A stretch of 64,000 bases of DNA, taken from the NCBI RefSeq assembly GCF_009914755.1, contig NC_060925.1. One strand, written 5' to 3'. The notes under the pieces were generated by a model. That model did no database searches. It worked only from the letters and a program-made list of their open reading frames with translations, and was not told where the DNA came from. A program made the translations under genes and the position numbers. Each line of letters begins with the position of its first letter. Within the stretch, counting starts at the first letter, position 1. Source of the DNA: the human T2T-CHM13v2.0 reference genome, Homo sapiens. Shown piece by piece: positions 14,741-29,123 of the stretch.

Positions 14741-16332
14741 ATTTTTTATTGCCTACTTTTTTCACCATATCTACACATCACATTTTCTTTTATCTGAAGG
14801 TCTTAAAATTAATAGTAAAAAACTGGACATTTTAGATAACATATTTTGTTAACTCTGAATATTGATTTTCCTCCCTGCCCATTCCTGGGCTTCTTATAGT
14901 TGTTGTTTGCTTATTTGTTTATTGACTTGACTGTAATATTTTAATGAAGTGTATTTCCTTCATAATGTGAAGCCTCTGATGGTGCTTCTCATAGTGCACA
15001 GCCTTGAGCTTGTGCACAGTTACTCTGGGACTATACAGATTTTATAATTATTCCTAATTGACTCCTTCTCAAATTTCTCCAATTAGCTCTCTGCCACTTT
15101 TGGTTTCATATCCAGCTTTTAGCCTCCATTAATTGCTGAATGATTGCTCTGTTGTTTTTGACTCTTCTGGGGCATAAATTTCTCTAAATCCAAACCAACT
15201 AAATTGGGTATTTCTTACATTAGTAGTTTTAGAGACCTATCTATGATTTTTTTTTTTCTTCTGACCCTTGGAGACTTCATAGCTGTGTATCTCCCTGATT
15301 CTTCTGGTAACCTAGTTGGCCTAATAGTTTCTCTCATTTAACTTTCCAGACTTTTCTTAATTGCTCATCACCAAAACCTTTATTGCTTTTAAGAATTCCT
15401 TTGGGGTTAAATATCCCAACTTTCTGTTTAAAACAAAAAAGTCTGCTCTCTTATCTTTGGAATTATCTGTTTTAATGGCTTGACTCTTTCCATTAAAAAA
15501 AAATAAGCAAATGAGCTACTGATCTGAAGCTAAGGTCAAGAACAGAGTCCCACTTCTCTTAGAGTGACACATGTGGCACATAAACGGGGGCTGGGCAAAG
15601 TGGTGGTCTCTGGTATTCCTGACTTGCCTCTTCCAGAGTAAATTCTCCAACTGATAAATGAATTAAAGTGATGTCAATCAAATACCAATTTTACTCCTCC
15701 AAGCTAGAGTAGAGCCTTTGCTATATGTTTTAGTATGAGAGAGGAAAGGTGTTTTAGAGCTTTTGGCTTTGCTTGCCTGGAATTTAACCTGTGGTACACA
15801 GAGCTGAGGTGGATGAGAAATGTTAGTGACCTGCCCCTCCAAGTGTTAATTATTAGCCCATTACTAGATGTTGGGGATAAAGGGCACAACATTTTATTGT
15901 TCACACACCTAACTGGAGTAGAGCTTCTGCCACTTTGAGGTGGGATTGAGAGAGGGACTTCTTGTGGCTCAAGTCCCACAGATGCTTGCTCTCTTTACAA
16001 GGCTTAATATATTTTTGAAGTAAATGTTTCTTCATTTACTGTATGACTTCAGAATAGTTTCTAGAGATTTTAAATGGCTGTCTTTTATATCATTTTCACT
16101 TTCTATGGTTGTTTCACTAATGAGAAGTTTCATAAAATTTTCCATACCACCATTCCAGAGGTGGATTCAGCTTTAATGCATTTCTTAAAAGTCTACACTA
16201 AATAGGGAATTTTATCTAACATATTTCAACTTTGTACTTGTTTTTTCAAAACTAAGGCTGTCAAATTAACTCAAATTTAAAATTGAAATAAAAGATTGTC
16301 AAATTTTTTATCAGAAATTATCAAAAGAATTA

Positions 16333-16743
16333 CACTATGGACTGAATGTTTGTGTTCCCCCTTAAATTTATGTTGAAACCCCAATCCCCAGAGGGATGGG
16401 ATGGTATTGGATATGGGATCTTTAGAAGGAAAATTAATTTATGAAGGTTGAACCCTCATGATAGAATTAGTACTCCTCACCCTCTCTCTTTCTCTCTCTC
16501 TCTCCCCTTCCCTCCCTCCCTCCTTCCCTCTCTCTCTTTCTGTCTTTGCTCTTCACTATGTGAAGACACGGCAAAAAGATGGCCATATACAAACCAAGAA
16601 AAAGCAGAGGGCTCTTATCAGAACCTGACCGTAGTGGCACCCTGATCTCAGAAATCTCAGCCTTCAGAACCGGAAGAAATAAAATGGTATTGTTTAAGCC
16701 ACTATGTGTATGGTAATTTGTTATAGCAGCCCTAACTGAGACA
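16333..16743 (+). mobile_element. MaLR solo LTR (MLT1A/MSTD-like)
   Basis: 'ctatggactgaatgtttgtgttcccc' start; 'ggtaatttgttatagcagccctaactgagaca' end. Confidence 0.85.
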
Positions 16744-17109
16744 AATGGAAATAGAGTGGAGTAGCTAAAGGCAGTCCAATAATTTTACTGAAAACTATTA
16801 GAAAATTCAGACGGCTTCTAAAAGCTATCTGTTTTAAGGCATCAGTTACCTGTTGAAGCAACAAAGCCTAAGGTTGCTGAGTTTTGAGAGAGTAAAAGAA
16901 ATAAGAGAAGTGAAGTGCTGGGGTTCTTTAATTTGGCATTTGCTGATTTTATAGGATCAACATCTTGTCTAGACAGAGAAATATTGATGGAGATCAGAAA
17001 ATTTATTAGAGTATTTGAAGGTCTTGTGGGACTGGAGAGACAACGTTGGACACTTAAGTGGAAAATCTGACACATAACAGAACTGAGACTATCATTGTAT
17101 TTTTTAAAA

Positions 17110-18300
17110 ATAGTGGTTTTTGACAAACTGCAAAGGTTGCACAGTGGAGAAAAAAGTTTTTTCAACAAATGGTTCTGAATCGATGAAATATCTATATATG
17201 TTTTTAAAGTGAGCTTGAATCCATAACATTGTACCACATAAAACATTAAAGCAAGATGTGTCATAAACATAAAAGTAACTCATAATTATACATTTTCTAA
17301 GAGAAAATATGGTAAAAATGTATTTTTGTTAGGTAAAGAAATAGATAGTATGATAAAAGCATGAGCGTACAAGTGAATAAGTTAGACTTTATCAAAGTAA
17401 AAACTTCTGCTCTTTCAAAGACATGCATGAGGAGAATAATAAGAAAAGCCACACCTTGGAAAAAAAATTTCAAAATATATCTTATTACAAACTGATATTC
17501 AAAATTTAAAAACAGCTTTATAAACTCAATAAAAAGAAAACAAATTATTTTAAAATTGAGTAAAATATTTGAATAAACTCTTTACCATAAAGACAGGTGG
17601 ATGGCAAATAAGCCATTAATAGATGCTGAGTCATTACAGAAATACACATTAAACACAAAGTGAGATAGTACTGCACACATATTAGAGAAGCTAAAAGTTA
17701 AAAGACTGTTGATATTAGGTTGTAATAAGGTGAAGAAAATTGGAACTCATACACTTCATGTGGGAATGTGAAGTGGTAAAAGCACTTTTGAAAAGCAATG
17801 TTTTGTGTTTGACACAAAAAGTGATAATAATTTTAAAAACAGACTATATTAAGATTATAATTTCTTTTCACCTAAAGATACACCAGTTAGACAATGAAAT
17901 GGAAAACCACAAAATAGTAGAAGATATTTGCAATAAATATACCTGATAAAGATATTATATTGAAAAAATATAGAGGTCCTACAAATCAATAAGAAAAAGC
18001 CAAATACAAAAATGTGCAAGTGACTTACACAGAAATGTTATACCAGACATCAAAAAGGAAAAAAAAATTCACTACTTCGTCATTATACAAATTCATAACA
18101 TAATGCCAACATATACTCCCAGAATGGCAAAAATGAAAAAGAAGGCAGTTACTATAATTTTTCAGTGGGAATGTAGAACAACTAGAGCTAACATAATGTG
18201 TTGACTGAAAAGCAAAGTGTTTTACAACCTTTGGGAAAATTCATTTTTTTAAAATTTTAAAGCCAAACATAACTCTTAGGCATATATCCATATGTATATA
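17110..18300 (+). mobile_element. Old L1M (L1MC/ME-like) ORF2 3' fragments, two overlapping-homology pieces
   Basis: 'ttttcaacaaatggttctg', 'ttagactttatcaaagtaaaaacttctgctctttcaaagac', 'ggaactcatacac'; similar ORF2 segment recurs from ~17870. Confidence 0.75.
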
Positions 18301-18305
18301 TGTTT

Positions 18306-18557
18306 GGCTGGGCGTGGTTGCTCACGCTTGTAATACCAGCACTTTGGGAGGCTGAGGTGGGCGGATCACGAGGTCAGGAGTTCGAGACCATCCTGGCTAA
18401 CACGGTTCCTGGCTAACACGGTGAAACCCCGTCTCTAGTAAAAATACAAAAAAATTAGCCAGCCTTGGTGGCGGGCGCCTGTAGTTCCAGCTACTCAGGA
18501 GGCTGAGGCCCGAGAATGGTGTGGACACGGGAGGCAAAGCTTGCAGTGAACCAAATT
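18306..18557 (+). mobile_element. AluY-like element, 3'-truncated, with internal 16-bp duplication
   Basis: 'ggatcacgaggtcaggag', 'cctggctaacacggtg', 'gagaatggtgtg'; ends at 'gcagtgaaccaaatt' without an A-tail. Confidence 0.92.
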
Positions 18558-19005
18558 CATCAAAAAGGAGATCATACTGGGTAACCTTAATCAGATGAGC
18601 TCTTTAAAAGAGAATCCAGACATTCCCTGTAGAGAAAGATTTGAAAGTAGAGTTTCTCCCACTGCCCTAGAAGAAACCAGTAACAATACTGTGAACTCCC
18701 TATGAAGGGGGCCATGGTACAAGCAACTGAAGGAGGCCTCTAGAAAGTACGAGTGATCTCCAGTGGACAGCCAATCAATAAACAATAACTTTAGTCCTAC
18801 AACCACGTGAAAGAGGACTCTGAGCTGCAAATGGAATGCAGCCATGACTAAAGCATTGCTTGTAACCTGGTGAGATTCTGAGTAGTGGATCAAACTAACT
18901 ATACCCAAACTCCCAACACATAGTGATTATGAGATAATGAATTTGTCTTATTTAACATCAATTAGTTTATTGTAATTTGTTACACAGAAATAAAAAATGA
19001 ATACA
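18558..19005 (+). mobile_element. MLT1 (F/G-like) LTR lacking its 5' end
   Basis: 'aatcagatgagctctttaaaag', 'gggccatggtacaagcaactga'; ends 'gtaatttgttacacagaaataaaaaatgaataca'. Confidence 0.75.
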
Positions 19006-19205
19006 GAAAGTTAGGATAATGCTTCCATTTGGTGAGTGGGAGGGGATTACTGGGAAAGAAATCTAGTGGAGCTTCTGAAATGCTAGTAATGTTCTATTTC
19101 TTGAGTTTGGTATTATATAAATAAATATTGACTTTGTAGAAATCCATCAACTAGATACTTTTAATATATACAGTCTTAGGTATGCTCTATATTAATCTCT
19201 AAAAA
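19006..19205 (+). mobile_element. L1ME-type 3' end
   Basis: 'ggagcttctgaaatgctagtaatgttctatttcttga'. Confidence 0.65.
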
Positions 19206-20279
19206 AGAGATATATAAAGAAAAAATGAAAACAGAATGAACCATCAATATATATTGCATTGTTTTATCTGCAGAATAATTTTAATACACATATGAATAAA
19301 ACTACACATTCAATAATTTCATAAATGTAGTTTTAATAGTTCTTAAAATGGCTATATTTCTCAATTAATCTTTTCCTAAAGGTTTTCAGTCCTGCTATAA
19401 TTTTTCTCTTTTTTCAGTCCTGTTTCAATTTGTATTCCATTTTTTCTTCCAAATATGGCAAAAAATAAGACAAATAAGTAATAAAACTACAGCTAATTTT
19501 TTAATAAAATATCACCACTCCTGTGATTAAAATACACTGTATATTTATATATTTTAAGTACCAATTAACACTATTGCCTTTCCATTTCAACTTTGCCAAC
19601 AATATTGATGATTTTAGAAATGGCTCAAGGAAACTTTATGTGAAAAAGAGTTGCTCTATGTGGTTGACTCTGAATAAATTTTTCCCACTCCCTTTTGAAA
19701 GCTTCACTAACAAGATATAAATTCTCCATTTTCGATATCTTACTGGCTAGTCTTGTGTTTTTGTTACTGAATGTACTATATTTTATACGTGATATAACAG
19801 ATTCAGTACTAGTGTTTAATTTTCTAATATTGAGTGTTTTTCCTTTCTGCTTTCATGTGTTTTAAATAAATGTGATGTATTCTGGGAGTCAATATTTTTA
19901 TACTATCTTACAATCTATGATGATTACAAATCTGAAATTTGAATAGACACTTTTAGCTCTTGGCCATTTTAAGACATTAAAGCTCATTAGCAATCATTTG
20001 TCTACATGAACTACTTTGTCTATAGCAAAACTGAGATCAAATAAATGGTAGGAAACCTGCCTAAAAATTTCCTGCTCTTCACACTAATTTGAATATATCA
20101 TCAATTTTTACTAACAGATTTGATATGATGGTAAAGAAAGATATTAAAAGAAAGGCTAAGTTGAAATATGTACATTAGCAGATGTTTGTTTATTCAGTTG
20201 CCAGTAATTTCTAAAATTAAATAACTTTATTTTTAAATAATTCCAAGTGATGCATATTATTTCTTTTAAATAATTAGAA

Positions 20280-21272
20280 ATAATTGTTTTTGATTGACAA
20301 ATTATGATTATATACATCTATAGGATACAATGTGATGTTTTGCTATATGTATACAATGTGGAATGAATAAATCAAGCTAACACATATATCGCCTCGCTTA
20401 CCTTTGATTTTTTTATGATGAGACATTTGAAATTTACTCTCAGTTATTTTGAAATATATAGTACACTATTATTGACTACAGTACTCTGCTGTGAAATGTA
20501 TCTCAAAATCTGTTTCACCTGTCTGAAATATTATGCCTTTTTATCAACAACTCTCCTTTTCCTCTCTCTCTAATCCCCCAGCCTCTGGTAAACATCATTC
20601 TACTTTTTACTTCTATGAGTTTAACTTTATTAGATTCCACAAATAAATGAGATTCTGCAATATTTCTTTCTGTTCTTATATCTCTTAGCATAATGTCCTC
20701 TAGATTCTTTCATTTCATCACAAATGATAGAATTTTTCTATTTCTTAAGGCTGAAGAGTATCTCATCATGTATAATGTATCACATTTTTAATCCATTTAT
20801 TCATTGATGGACATATAGGTTGATTCTATATTTTGAGTCATGTGAATAGTGCTGTAATGGACATAGGAGTGCAGATATACCTTCAACGTAATATTTCAGT
20901 TCCTTTGAATGTATGTCCAAAAGTGAGATTACTGGATTATAGGGTACTTCAGTTTTCACTTTTTTGACGAGTCTTCATACCATTTTCCATAATGACTGTA
21001 TCCATGTATATTCTGACCAACAATATATAAGAGTTTTCCTCATATCCTCTCCAATATGTGTTATCTTTCATCTTTTTGATGACAGCCATTCTAACAGGTA
21101 TGAAGTTATATCTTGTGGTTTTAATTTTCATTTCCCTAATGATTACTGATGCAGAGTACTTTTTTATGTAACTATTTGCCAATTTTATGTCTTCTTTTGA
21201 GAAATGTCTATTCAGTTTTTTTGCCCACTTTTCAATTATTTTTTTTTCTTGCTATTGAAGTGTTTGAGTTCC
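20280..21272 (-). mobile_element. L1MA-type 3' end
   Basis: 'ggatacaatgtgatgttttgctatatgtatacaatgtggaatga...aatcaagctaac'; ORF 20949-21182 resembles the ORF2p C-terminus. Confidence 0.88.
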
Positions 21273-21385
21273 TGTGATAGGCTGTTCTTGTGTTGCTATA
21301 AAGAAATAACTGAATCTGGGTAATTTATAAAGAAAAGAGGTTTAATTGCTCATGGTTCTGCAGGCTGTACAGGAAATATAGTAGT
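21273..21385 (-). mobile_element. MST (MSTB-like) LTR fragment
   Basis: 'gttgctataaagaaataactgaatctgggtaatttataaagaaaagaggtttaattgctcatggttctgcaggctgtacaggaa'. Confidence 0.85.
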
Positions 21386-22663
21386 ATAAATTTAATATAA
21401 TATAAATATATATTTATATGATTTAATATAATATAATATCTAGTTTCAGCATATACATCTTTAGGAACAGAGATGTTCCCATTCTTAGTAATTCCATGGA
21501 AGAAACTTGGATTGGAGGAATCTAGAAGAATTCAGGGTCTAATCAAGTTGACAGGTAGATAACAGGTGTTATAGCTTTTCTTTAGAAACTTATTTATTTT
21601 TTCTCCATAGTCGTCCTGATTTCCACCAAAGATAATCAGAGTAAGACAAATTTGTTTGTAAAATCAGTTAGGTCTCATCAATTTTTTTCTTATTATTTAC
21701 ATACGTGCATCCAGAATACCAATTTGCCATATCATAATTTCAGTTTTAAAAATCTCCTTGAGGCTAGGCAGCAAAACCAAGGCAGAATTCAGATTTTACC
21801 TACAGTCTTGAGGATTCTGTACCTGTTAGGAAGTGATAATTACCTACTATAAGGCTGTGAAATATGAAAGCCAGTGTTTCTATGCACATTCTCAAATATG
21901 ATATTCATGTTGAAGCTTTGGTAATATAACCAATATTTTAAATTGTATCCCATTATGAAGAAAAGGCAAATTTTTATTGAACTTACACAAATAACCATAT
22001 TGCCATTAAAATAAAGTATACTCATGAATAGCTTCCAGACTGGGGAGAAATAAAGTAAAATATACATGTTTTCACATTTGCTCATAAAAGTTTACTTTAC
22101 CAAATTGCTGTTAAACTGTGGAAAGCTTAAGAGAAAAAGTCTTTTTCTTCCTAAATGTGGAAAACAAAGCATTGAAGTGAACAACCAAAAATGTTTCTAA
22201 AAAAAGTCATGAAACATTGTTTTCATCAGATACTTAATCTCTTGTAATTAATTTTTGCCCTGTTTTATCTTGATTAGTAGTTTAATGAATTCATCTGTTT
22301 CTTCATTAGAGTTTTGAAGCATATTTATTTAGTTCATTAATATTAAAGTTATTAGAAACTTGTATTTAAGAGCACTTGTTAGAGTCTTTTTCTATGAATC
22401 TGGTTGCAAGTGCTTTTAAAGAACTATCAAAATAGTAGGTGGCAGAGACAGAATAGCCATGGTTAAGAATGTGTTGAAAGCTTATTATAACCAAAAACTG
22501 ACAAGGAAATTTGGCTATTTTTGTGACATAAAAAATAATAGACAAAATCAAGACTGGTAACTACAAGGTTTTTAGAAATTTTATGCAATTTTTGAACATT
22601 CATTTTTTAACTTACCCATAAACGTAAGTGAAAGACCTAACATCATCTATTATTTGACAATGA

Positions 22664-22984
<321 letters not shown>

Positions 22985-24617
22985 TAAAATAAGGCTGTTT
23001 TAGCTGAATATCTCTATTTTAGAAACCTCTGAGAAGCTCTAGGGCTTCCTGGATTTTCCTTTTGGGAAAAAAATCCCAAAGTTATTTGAGGTCAAGAATA
23101 CTTAATTGAGACTTTGATTCTGGGGAATTTCACTAAATATGTCAAAGGATTCAAAACACTTGATCAAACTAGGATCACAGGTCACTATGACATAATAGTA
23201 ATGCTGTTAACGAGAGTAATAATCAAAGACTTCAAAAGCAATCAAAATGCTACACAGGTATAACAAACAAACACACACAAAACCTTAACCCTTTCAAAGC
23301 TTATTTTTTCTAAGTAATCAAAAACTCTAATAAAGAAAAGAAGAAATTACCTGTTTAAAATGTAAAATATCTGTTTCCTTGACCAGTTACAAAAAAAGTA
23401 AAGAAAAACTGCCTGAAGTGTAATTGATTCTTCTAATGAAAAGTCCATTTAGATAACCTGGAAGTCAAACTTGATGAAATGTACTTGAACTTAATCAGAC
23501 ACAGGAAGAGTTTGTGTCCAAAGTTATAAGTGTCCACCATATAATAGAAGAATTTAAACACAAAAACTAGTACCTTGAGCAGGGGAATACATGGCTCTTA
23601 TAAACCCCACAGGAAGATTTCTAGTTACATGGAACTACAAATCAAGAAAAGTAAAGAGTACAAAATAAAATTATACTGAAGGAAAATGTTTTTCCACTCC
23701 TTCAAGAATGAACATTTTAGTGTCAGGCCCTAACTACAGAGTTGGAACTAAAGAAAATAGTTGCAAGAGCTGACAAAAACAAACAAACAAACAAACAAAC
23801 ACATTAAAACGTTATTACTCCAACCAAAGAAAATGTGTATACCCTTGAGGAAAGAAGGACCTGAGACAAGATGCAAATTACATGATGTGAGATATGGCAA
23901 AAGTTGAACTTCTGAGATATGAAGCTGAGAAGTTTTAAGAGCAAAACCTTACCTTGATAAATAAAATCACCATTCTAAATGAAGAAGATAACACTTGTAG
24001 TCAGGAATTGGGGAGACTAAATGGAGACTGTAAAAGAGAAGAAAAAAATGCTTTAGAAAATGGTTGAACAGTTAAAGAAAGTGATTTCAGAATTAAATCA
24101 AAACCTCTTGCAAATTTTACAAAGAGCAAATCAATAATTCAAGAAAACCTTGTTTTTCTAACATAGAGGACTAAAACTCTGGTTTTATATTAGTGTATTT
24201 TTAATATTAGAGCTCAGTATTTTAAAATACTTATAAATAATTCCCTTCTATTTATACTCAACTTGATCAAACACATCTTTTTTTTCATAAATTCATCCTT
24301 CAGAAATCTTTCATGACTTAGACCATCCACAACATACTTATACCTTATGCTTTGTCCTATATTTCCTCTTTCTTTAAAAACCAGTCATTTTACATTTGGA
24401 CAAAATTTACTTTTATTTTTCCCTTATCATTTCAAGAAAAAAGGAAAATAAATTTCACTTCTTACTTTTTGCTCTTTGCTTTTTAACTTTTGTTCACTCA
24501 AATGCATCTTCATACTTATAACTTACTTTACATCTCTCTCCCTGTTAGTTACTGATTTCTTTCTATCTTGTTTCTATTTCTTTTCTAAATTTAGTTTTTG
24601 AAATGGCTTTTAAATAA

Positions 24618-26883
24618 TGATATGGTTTGGCACCCAAATGTCATCTCTCATGTTGTGGGAGGCACCTGGTAGGGGGTAATTGAATCATGGGGGCAGGCCT
24701 TTCCCATGCTATTCTTGTGATAGTGAATAACTCTCATGAGATATGATGGTTATAAAAAGGGGAGTTTGCCTGCACAAGTGCTCCTTTCTTTGTCTGCCAC
24801 CATCCATGTAAGATTTGACTTGCTCCTCCTTGCCTTCCACCACGATTGTGAGACTTACCCACCCACATGAAACTGTAAGTCTGATTAAACCTCTTCCTTT
24901 TATAAATTGCCCAGTCTCAGGTATGTCTTTATCAGCAGTATGAAAATGGACTAATACAGTACATTGGTACCAGTACAGTGAGGTGCTGCTGAAAAGATAC
25001 TCGACTATGTGGAGGCAACTTTGGAACTGGGTAACAGGAAGAGGTTGGAACAGTTTGGAGGGCTCAGAAGAAGACAGGAAAATGTGGGAAAGTTTGGAAC
25101 TTCCTAGAGACTTGTTGAATGGCTTTGACCAAAAGCCTGATAGCAATATGGACAATATGGTCCAGACTGAGATGGTCTCAGATGGACATGAAGAACTTGT
25201 TGGGAACTGGAGCAAAGGTGACCCTTGTTATGTTTTAGCAAAGAGACTGGAGGCATTTTGCTCTTGCCCTAGAGATTTTTGGAACTTTGAACTTGAGAGA
25301 TATGATTTAGAGTATCTGGCAGAAGAAATTTTTAAGCAGCAAAGTATTCAAGAGGTGACTTGGGTGCTGTTAAAGGAGTTCAGATTTAAAGGGAAGCTGA
25401 GCATAAAAGTTTGGAAAATTTGCAGCCTGATAATGCAATTGAAAAGAAAAGCCCATTTTCTGAGGAGAAATTCAAACCAGTGGCAGAACTTTGCATAAGT
25501 AATGAGGAGCTGAATGTTAATCCCAAAGACAATGGGGAACATGTCTCCAGGGCATGTCAAAGGTCTTCACAGCAGTCCCTCCCATCACAGGCCCAGGGGC
25601 CTAGGAGGAAAAAGTGTTTTTATGGGCCAGGCCCAGGGCCCCCCTGCTGTGTGCAGCCTAGGGACTTGGTGCTCTACCTCCCAGCCACTTCACCCGTGGC
25701 TGAAAGGGGCCAACTTAGAGCTTGGGCCATGGCTTCAGAGGGTGCAAGCCTCAAGCCTTGGCGGCTTCCAAATGGTGTTGAGTCTGCCGGTACATAGAAG
25801 TCAACAATTGAGGTTTAGGAACCTCTGCCAAGATTTCAGAGGATGTATGGAAATGCCTGGATGTCCAGGCAAAAGTTTGCTGCAGGGGTGGGCTCTCACG
25901 GAGAACTTCTGCTAGGGCAGTGCAGAAGGGAAATGTAGGGTCAGAGCCCCCACACAGAGTTCCTACTGGGGCATGACCTAGTGGAGCTTTGAGAAGAAGG
26001 CCACCATCCTCCAGGCCTCAGAACGGTAGATTGACTGATAGCTTGACCCATGCACCTGGAATAGCAGCAGACACTCAAAGCCTGTGAAAGCAGCCAGGAG
26101 GGAGGCTCTACTCTGCAATCCCATGGGGGCAGAGCTGCCCAAGACCATTGGAACCCACCTCTTGCATCAGCATGACCTGGATTTGAGACATGTAATCAAA
26201 GGAGATCATTTTGGAACTTTAAGATTTGACTCCCCTGCTAGATTTCGAACTTGCACGGGGCCTGTAGCCCCTTTGTTTTGGCCAAATTCTCCCATTTGGA
26301 ATGGCTGTATTTACCAAATGCCTGTACCAGCATTGTATCTAGGAAGTAACTAACTTGCTTTTGATTTTACAGGCTCATAGGCAGAAGGGACTTGCCTTGT
26401 CTCAAATGAGACTTTGGACTGTCAAATTTGAGTTAATGCTGAAAGAGTTAAGACACTGGGGGACTATTGGGAAGGCATAACTGGTTATGAAATGTGAGGA
26501 CATGAGATTTGGGAGGGGCCAGGGGAAGAATGACATGGTTTGGCTCTGTGTCCCCACCCAAATCTCATCTTGAATTCCCATGTGTTGTGAGAGGGACCTG
26601 GTAGGAGGTAACTGGGAGCAGGTATTGCCTGTGTTGTTCTTGTGATAGTGAATAAGTCTCATGAGATATGATGGTTATAAAAAGTGGAGTTTGCCTCTAC
26701 AAATGGTCCTCTCTTTTCCTGCCACCATCCACGAAAATGTGACTTGCTCCTCATTGACTTCCACAATGATCATGAGGCTTCCTCAGCCATGTGGAACAGT
26801 TAAGTCCATTTAAACCTCTTTCTTTTGTAAATTGCCCAGTCTCAGGTATGTCCTTATCAGCAGTGTGAAAACAGACTAATACA
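24618..26883 (+). mobile_element. Complete THE1A-like MaLR provirus: LTR 24618-24958, internal 24959-26530, LTR 26531-26883
   Basis: Two TG...CA LTRs; 5-bp TSD AATAA at 24613-24617 and 26884-26888; polypurine tract at 26511-26530; the internal ORF remnant 24983-25498 (WNWVTGRGWNSLEGSEEDRKMWESLELPRDLLNGFDQ) matches the MaLR ORF. Confidence 0.96.
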
Positions 26884-27884
26884 AATAACCTCAAATTTAG
26901 AAAAAAAAATTTTGTATTTTTTAATAGAGAACATATTTTTATGCTTTTCTTATCATTTCTCTTATTAAAATATATCTTACTTTTTTGATATTCTTTCAAT
27001 ACAGAATTATATACTAATTATAATTTTAACTCTTAGTAACCTTACCTTCTAGTGGTAACCTAGAAAATAAGGAATTTTAAACTGATTTGCCACATACCAG
27101 TATTTTCTACATGGTAATCTTCTAGGTGTTTCTAATTTTTAGAAACATCTTTTGCCCTAACATGATTTTATGTATGTTAATAGACCCAAATATTTTTACT
27201 CTTCCTGTAAAATTTAAGAAGCTGAAAACAAACTTATGTTTATATTCAATAATTTGCATTTCAATGTTTTTTTCTTATTTGAAAATAACCTAGCCATTTG
27301 AGTATTTATCACTTATATAACTTTAAAATTTCAAATTACATGCAAAGCTTATTTATAAAGTTGATCCCATTTATATTAACTTTATTTACTTTTATCAATT
27401 ATATCAAGATTACTTGTAAAAACTGATAGAAAAAGCTAGTCATCATTTCAAGTTATTTTCTTGTTACCCTGTTTTAGAGCCTATAAATATCAGATGTTCA
27501 CTGAAATAAGAATCTTAAGCTAAATATATGAGTATTTCACCAATAACTGAGAAGATATATCTGTTTTCAGCAAACCAACAATTTTAGTCTTAGTATTCAA
27601 ATAGTTACACAAACAAAGATCACTCTGTTTTAAGTATTAATTCATATTTGTATACCTGACATTTCACTTCAAAAGGAAGAGGAATTTAATGACAAACTTC
27701 TCAGCATTTACAGAACTATATCCTAAGTGTGAATTTTTAAATAAATTAAAACTGATATAAAAAACAGTATACTTTCTTTATAAGTGTATATTAAACATAA
27801 CATAGGAAACCATTTTGGTTTCACAATGGAATTTGCTTTCTTTAAAAATATATGAAGAAAAAATCAAAACAAAAATATAATTAT

Positions 27885-28000
27885 GTATTCAATTAATATT
27901 TATTAAGCTCCTGCCTAGAGACAGGCACAACTAGACACTGACGAAAAAGTATGAGAAAACATATGCAAAGTACCTGCTTCATGCTTACATACTATAAAAG
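27885..28000 (-). mobile_element. L2 3' end fragment
   Basis: 'attcaattaatatttattaagctcctgcc...caggcacaactagacactg'. Confidence 0.6.
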
Positions 28001-29123
28001 GAAAATGAAAAGTTCAATTGAGTTACTATAGCACATATATCTCAATATCTATATCTGGACAGATAGTTATAAGTTACACTGTCATATTACATTTAAAAAA
28101 TAAAAGAAAGAAAGAAAAGAACAAATGTTCAAATATCAATGTTGGGAGTAAATGGATAGTAGCAAAGGCTGACTGTGATCTCTGGTCGGGGATCATAGAG
28201 AAAGTTAGCCTTTAGGAGAATTTAAGGCAACTACCAACTAAATTAAAGCTTCTAAAGTTATAATTTTTGGTAATCATATAGAAAATGGATGGATTTTAGT
28301 GAGTATCAAGAATCCAAATAAAGAAAAAATTGATTTTTGCATACAAGCAAAAGTAATTTATAAGCCTTGAAGAAAAATTACCCCAAATCATCTTTGTATT
28401 ATGCTTAAACATATATGGCAAACGCACAACTTGCTTATTTCATTGATTTTTTTCCCAGCAAATTGTTGTGAATTGCCTAGACTTTGTAACTGAAATATAG
28501 TTGAAGACTACTCCTGATAGGACTGCTGTTTTCTTCCTTCCTGCCTTAAATAGTTCCAATATTGCAAGCTTCATGCCATGGAGCGATGAGGCAAAACACA
28601 CCTAAATACATAGAACACAGGCAGAGGTCTTGGTTTTTGGTAATACATTTAAGTTACCACAGATCTGACCTGATCTCTTTAAAACTGCTTGCTATGTGAG
28701 AAAAAAAAAAAAACTTGTAAAAGTTCACAGCTTTATTCATTATGACTTCTAACCAATTGCATCACTGATTGAAAGACTGTGCAAGAATAACATCATGTGT
28801 GGTTGGTGTGTTCCATTTTAGAGATATCTTTTTCACCCTTCTTACATGTGAAGTGATACAAGCTCTCTCTAATATCCCAGGGTATATTGGTATGATAATT
28901 TGCCAGTTGAGCAAATTTGCTTTAACCTTGGTTCATGAAACATATATGGAGAGATAAATGCACATTTATTTAGTTCATGAGCAGAGAATCCACTACATTG
29001 CATTATTGCAGGCATGATATAATAGCAGAATAGATGATTGAGTAAATAATATATAACTATACAATAAAAATTTCAAAATATTATATATGTTATTATATGA
29101 ATATTTTAGAATGACACTTGAAA

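Noticed and set aside
16842-17270. 142-aa ORF on the - strand
   Set aside because: Partly antisense to an L1 fragment, with no recognisable domain or splice context.
24709-26999. Cluster of 70-171 aa ORFs
   Set aside because: All lie in THE1 LTR or internal sequence; the MaLR ORF is broken by frameshifts.
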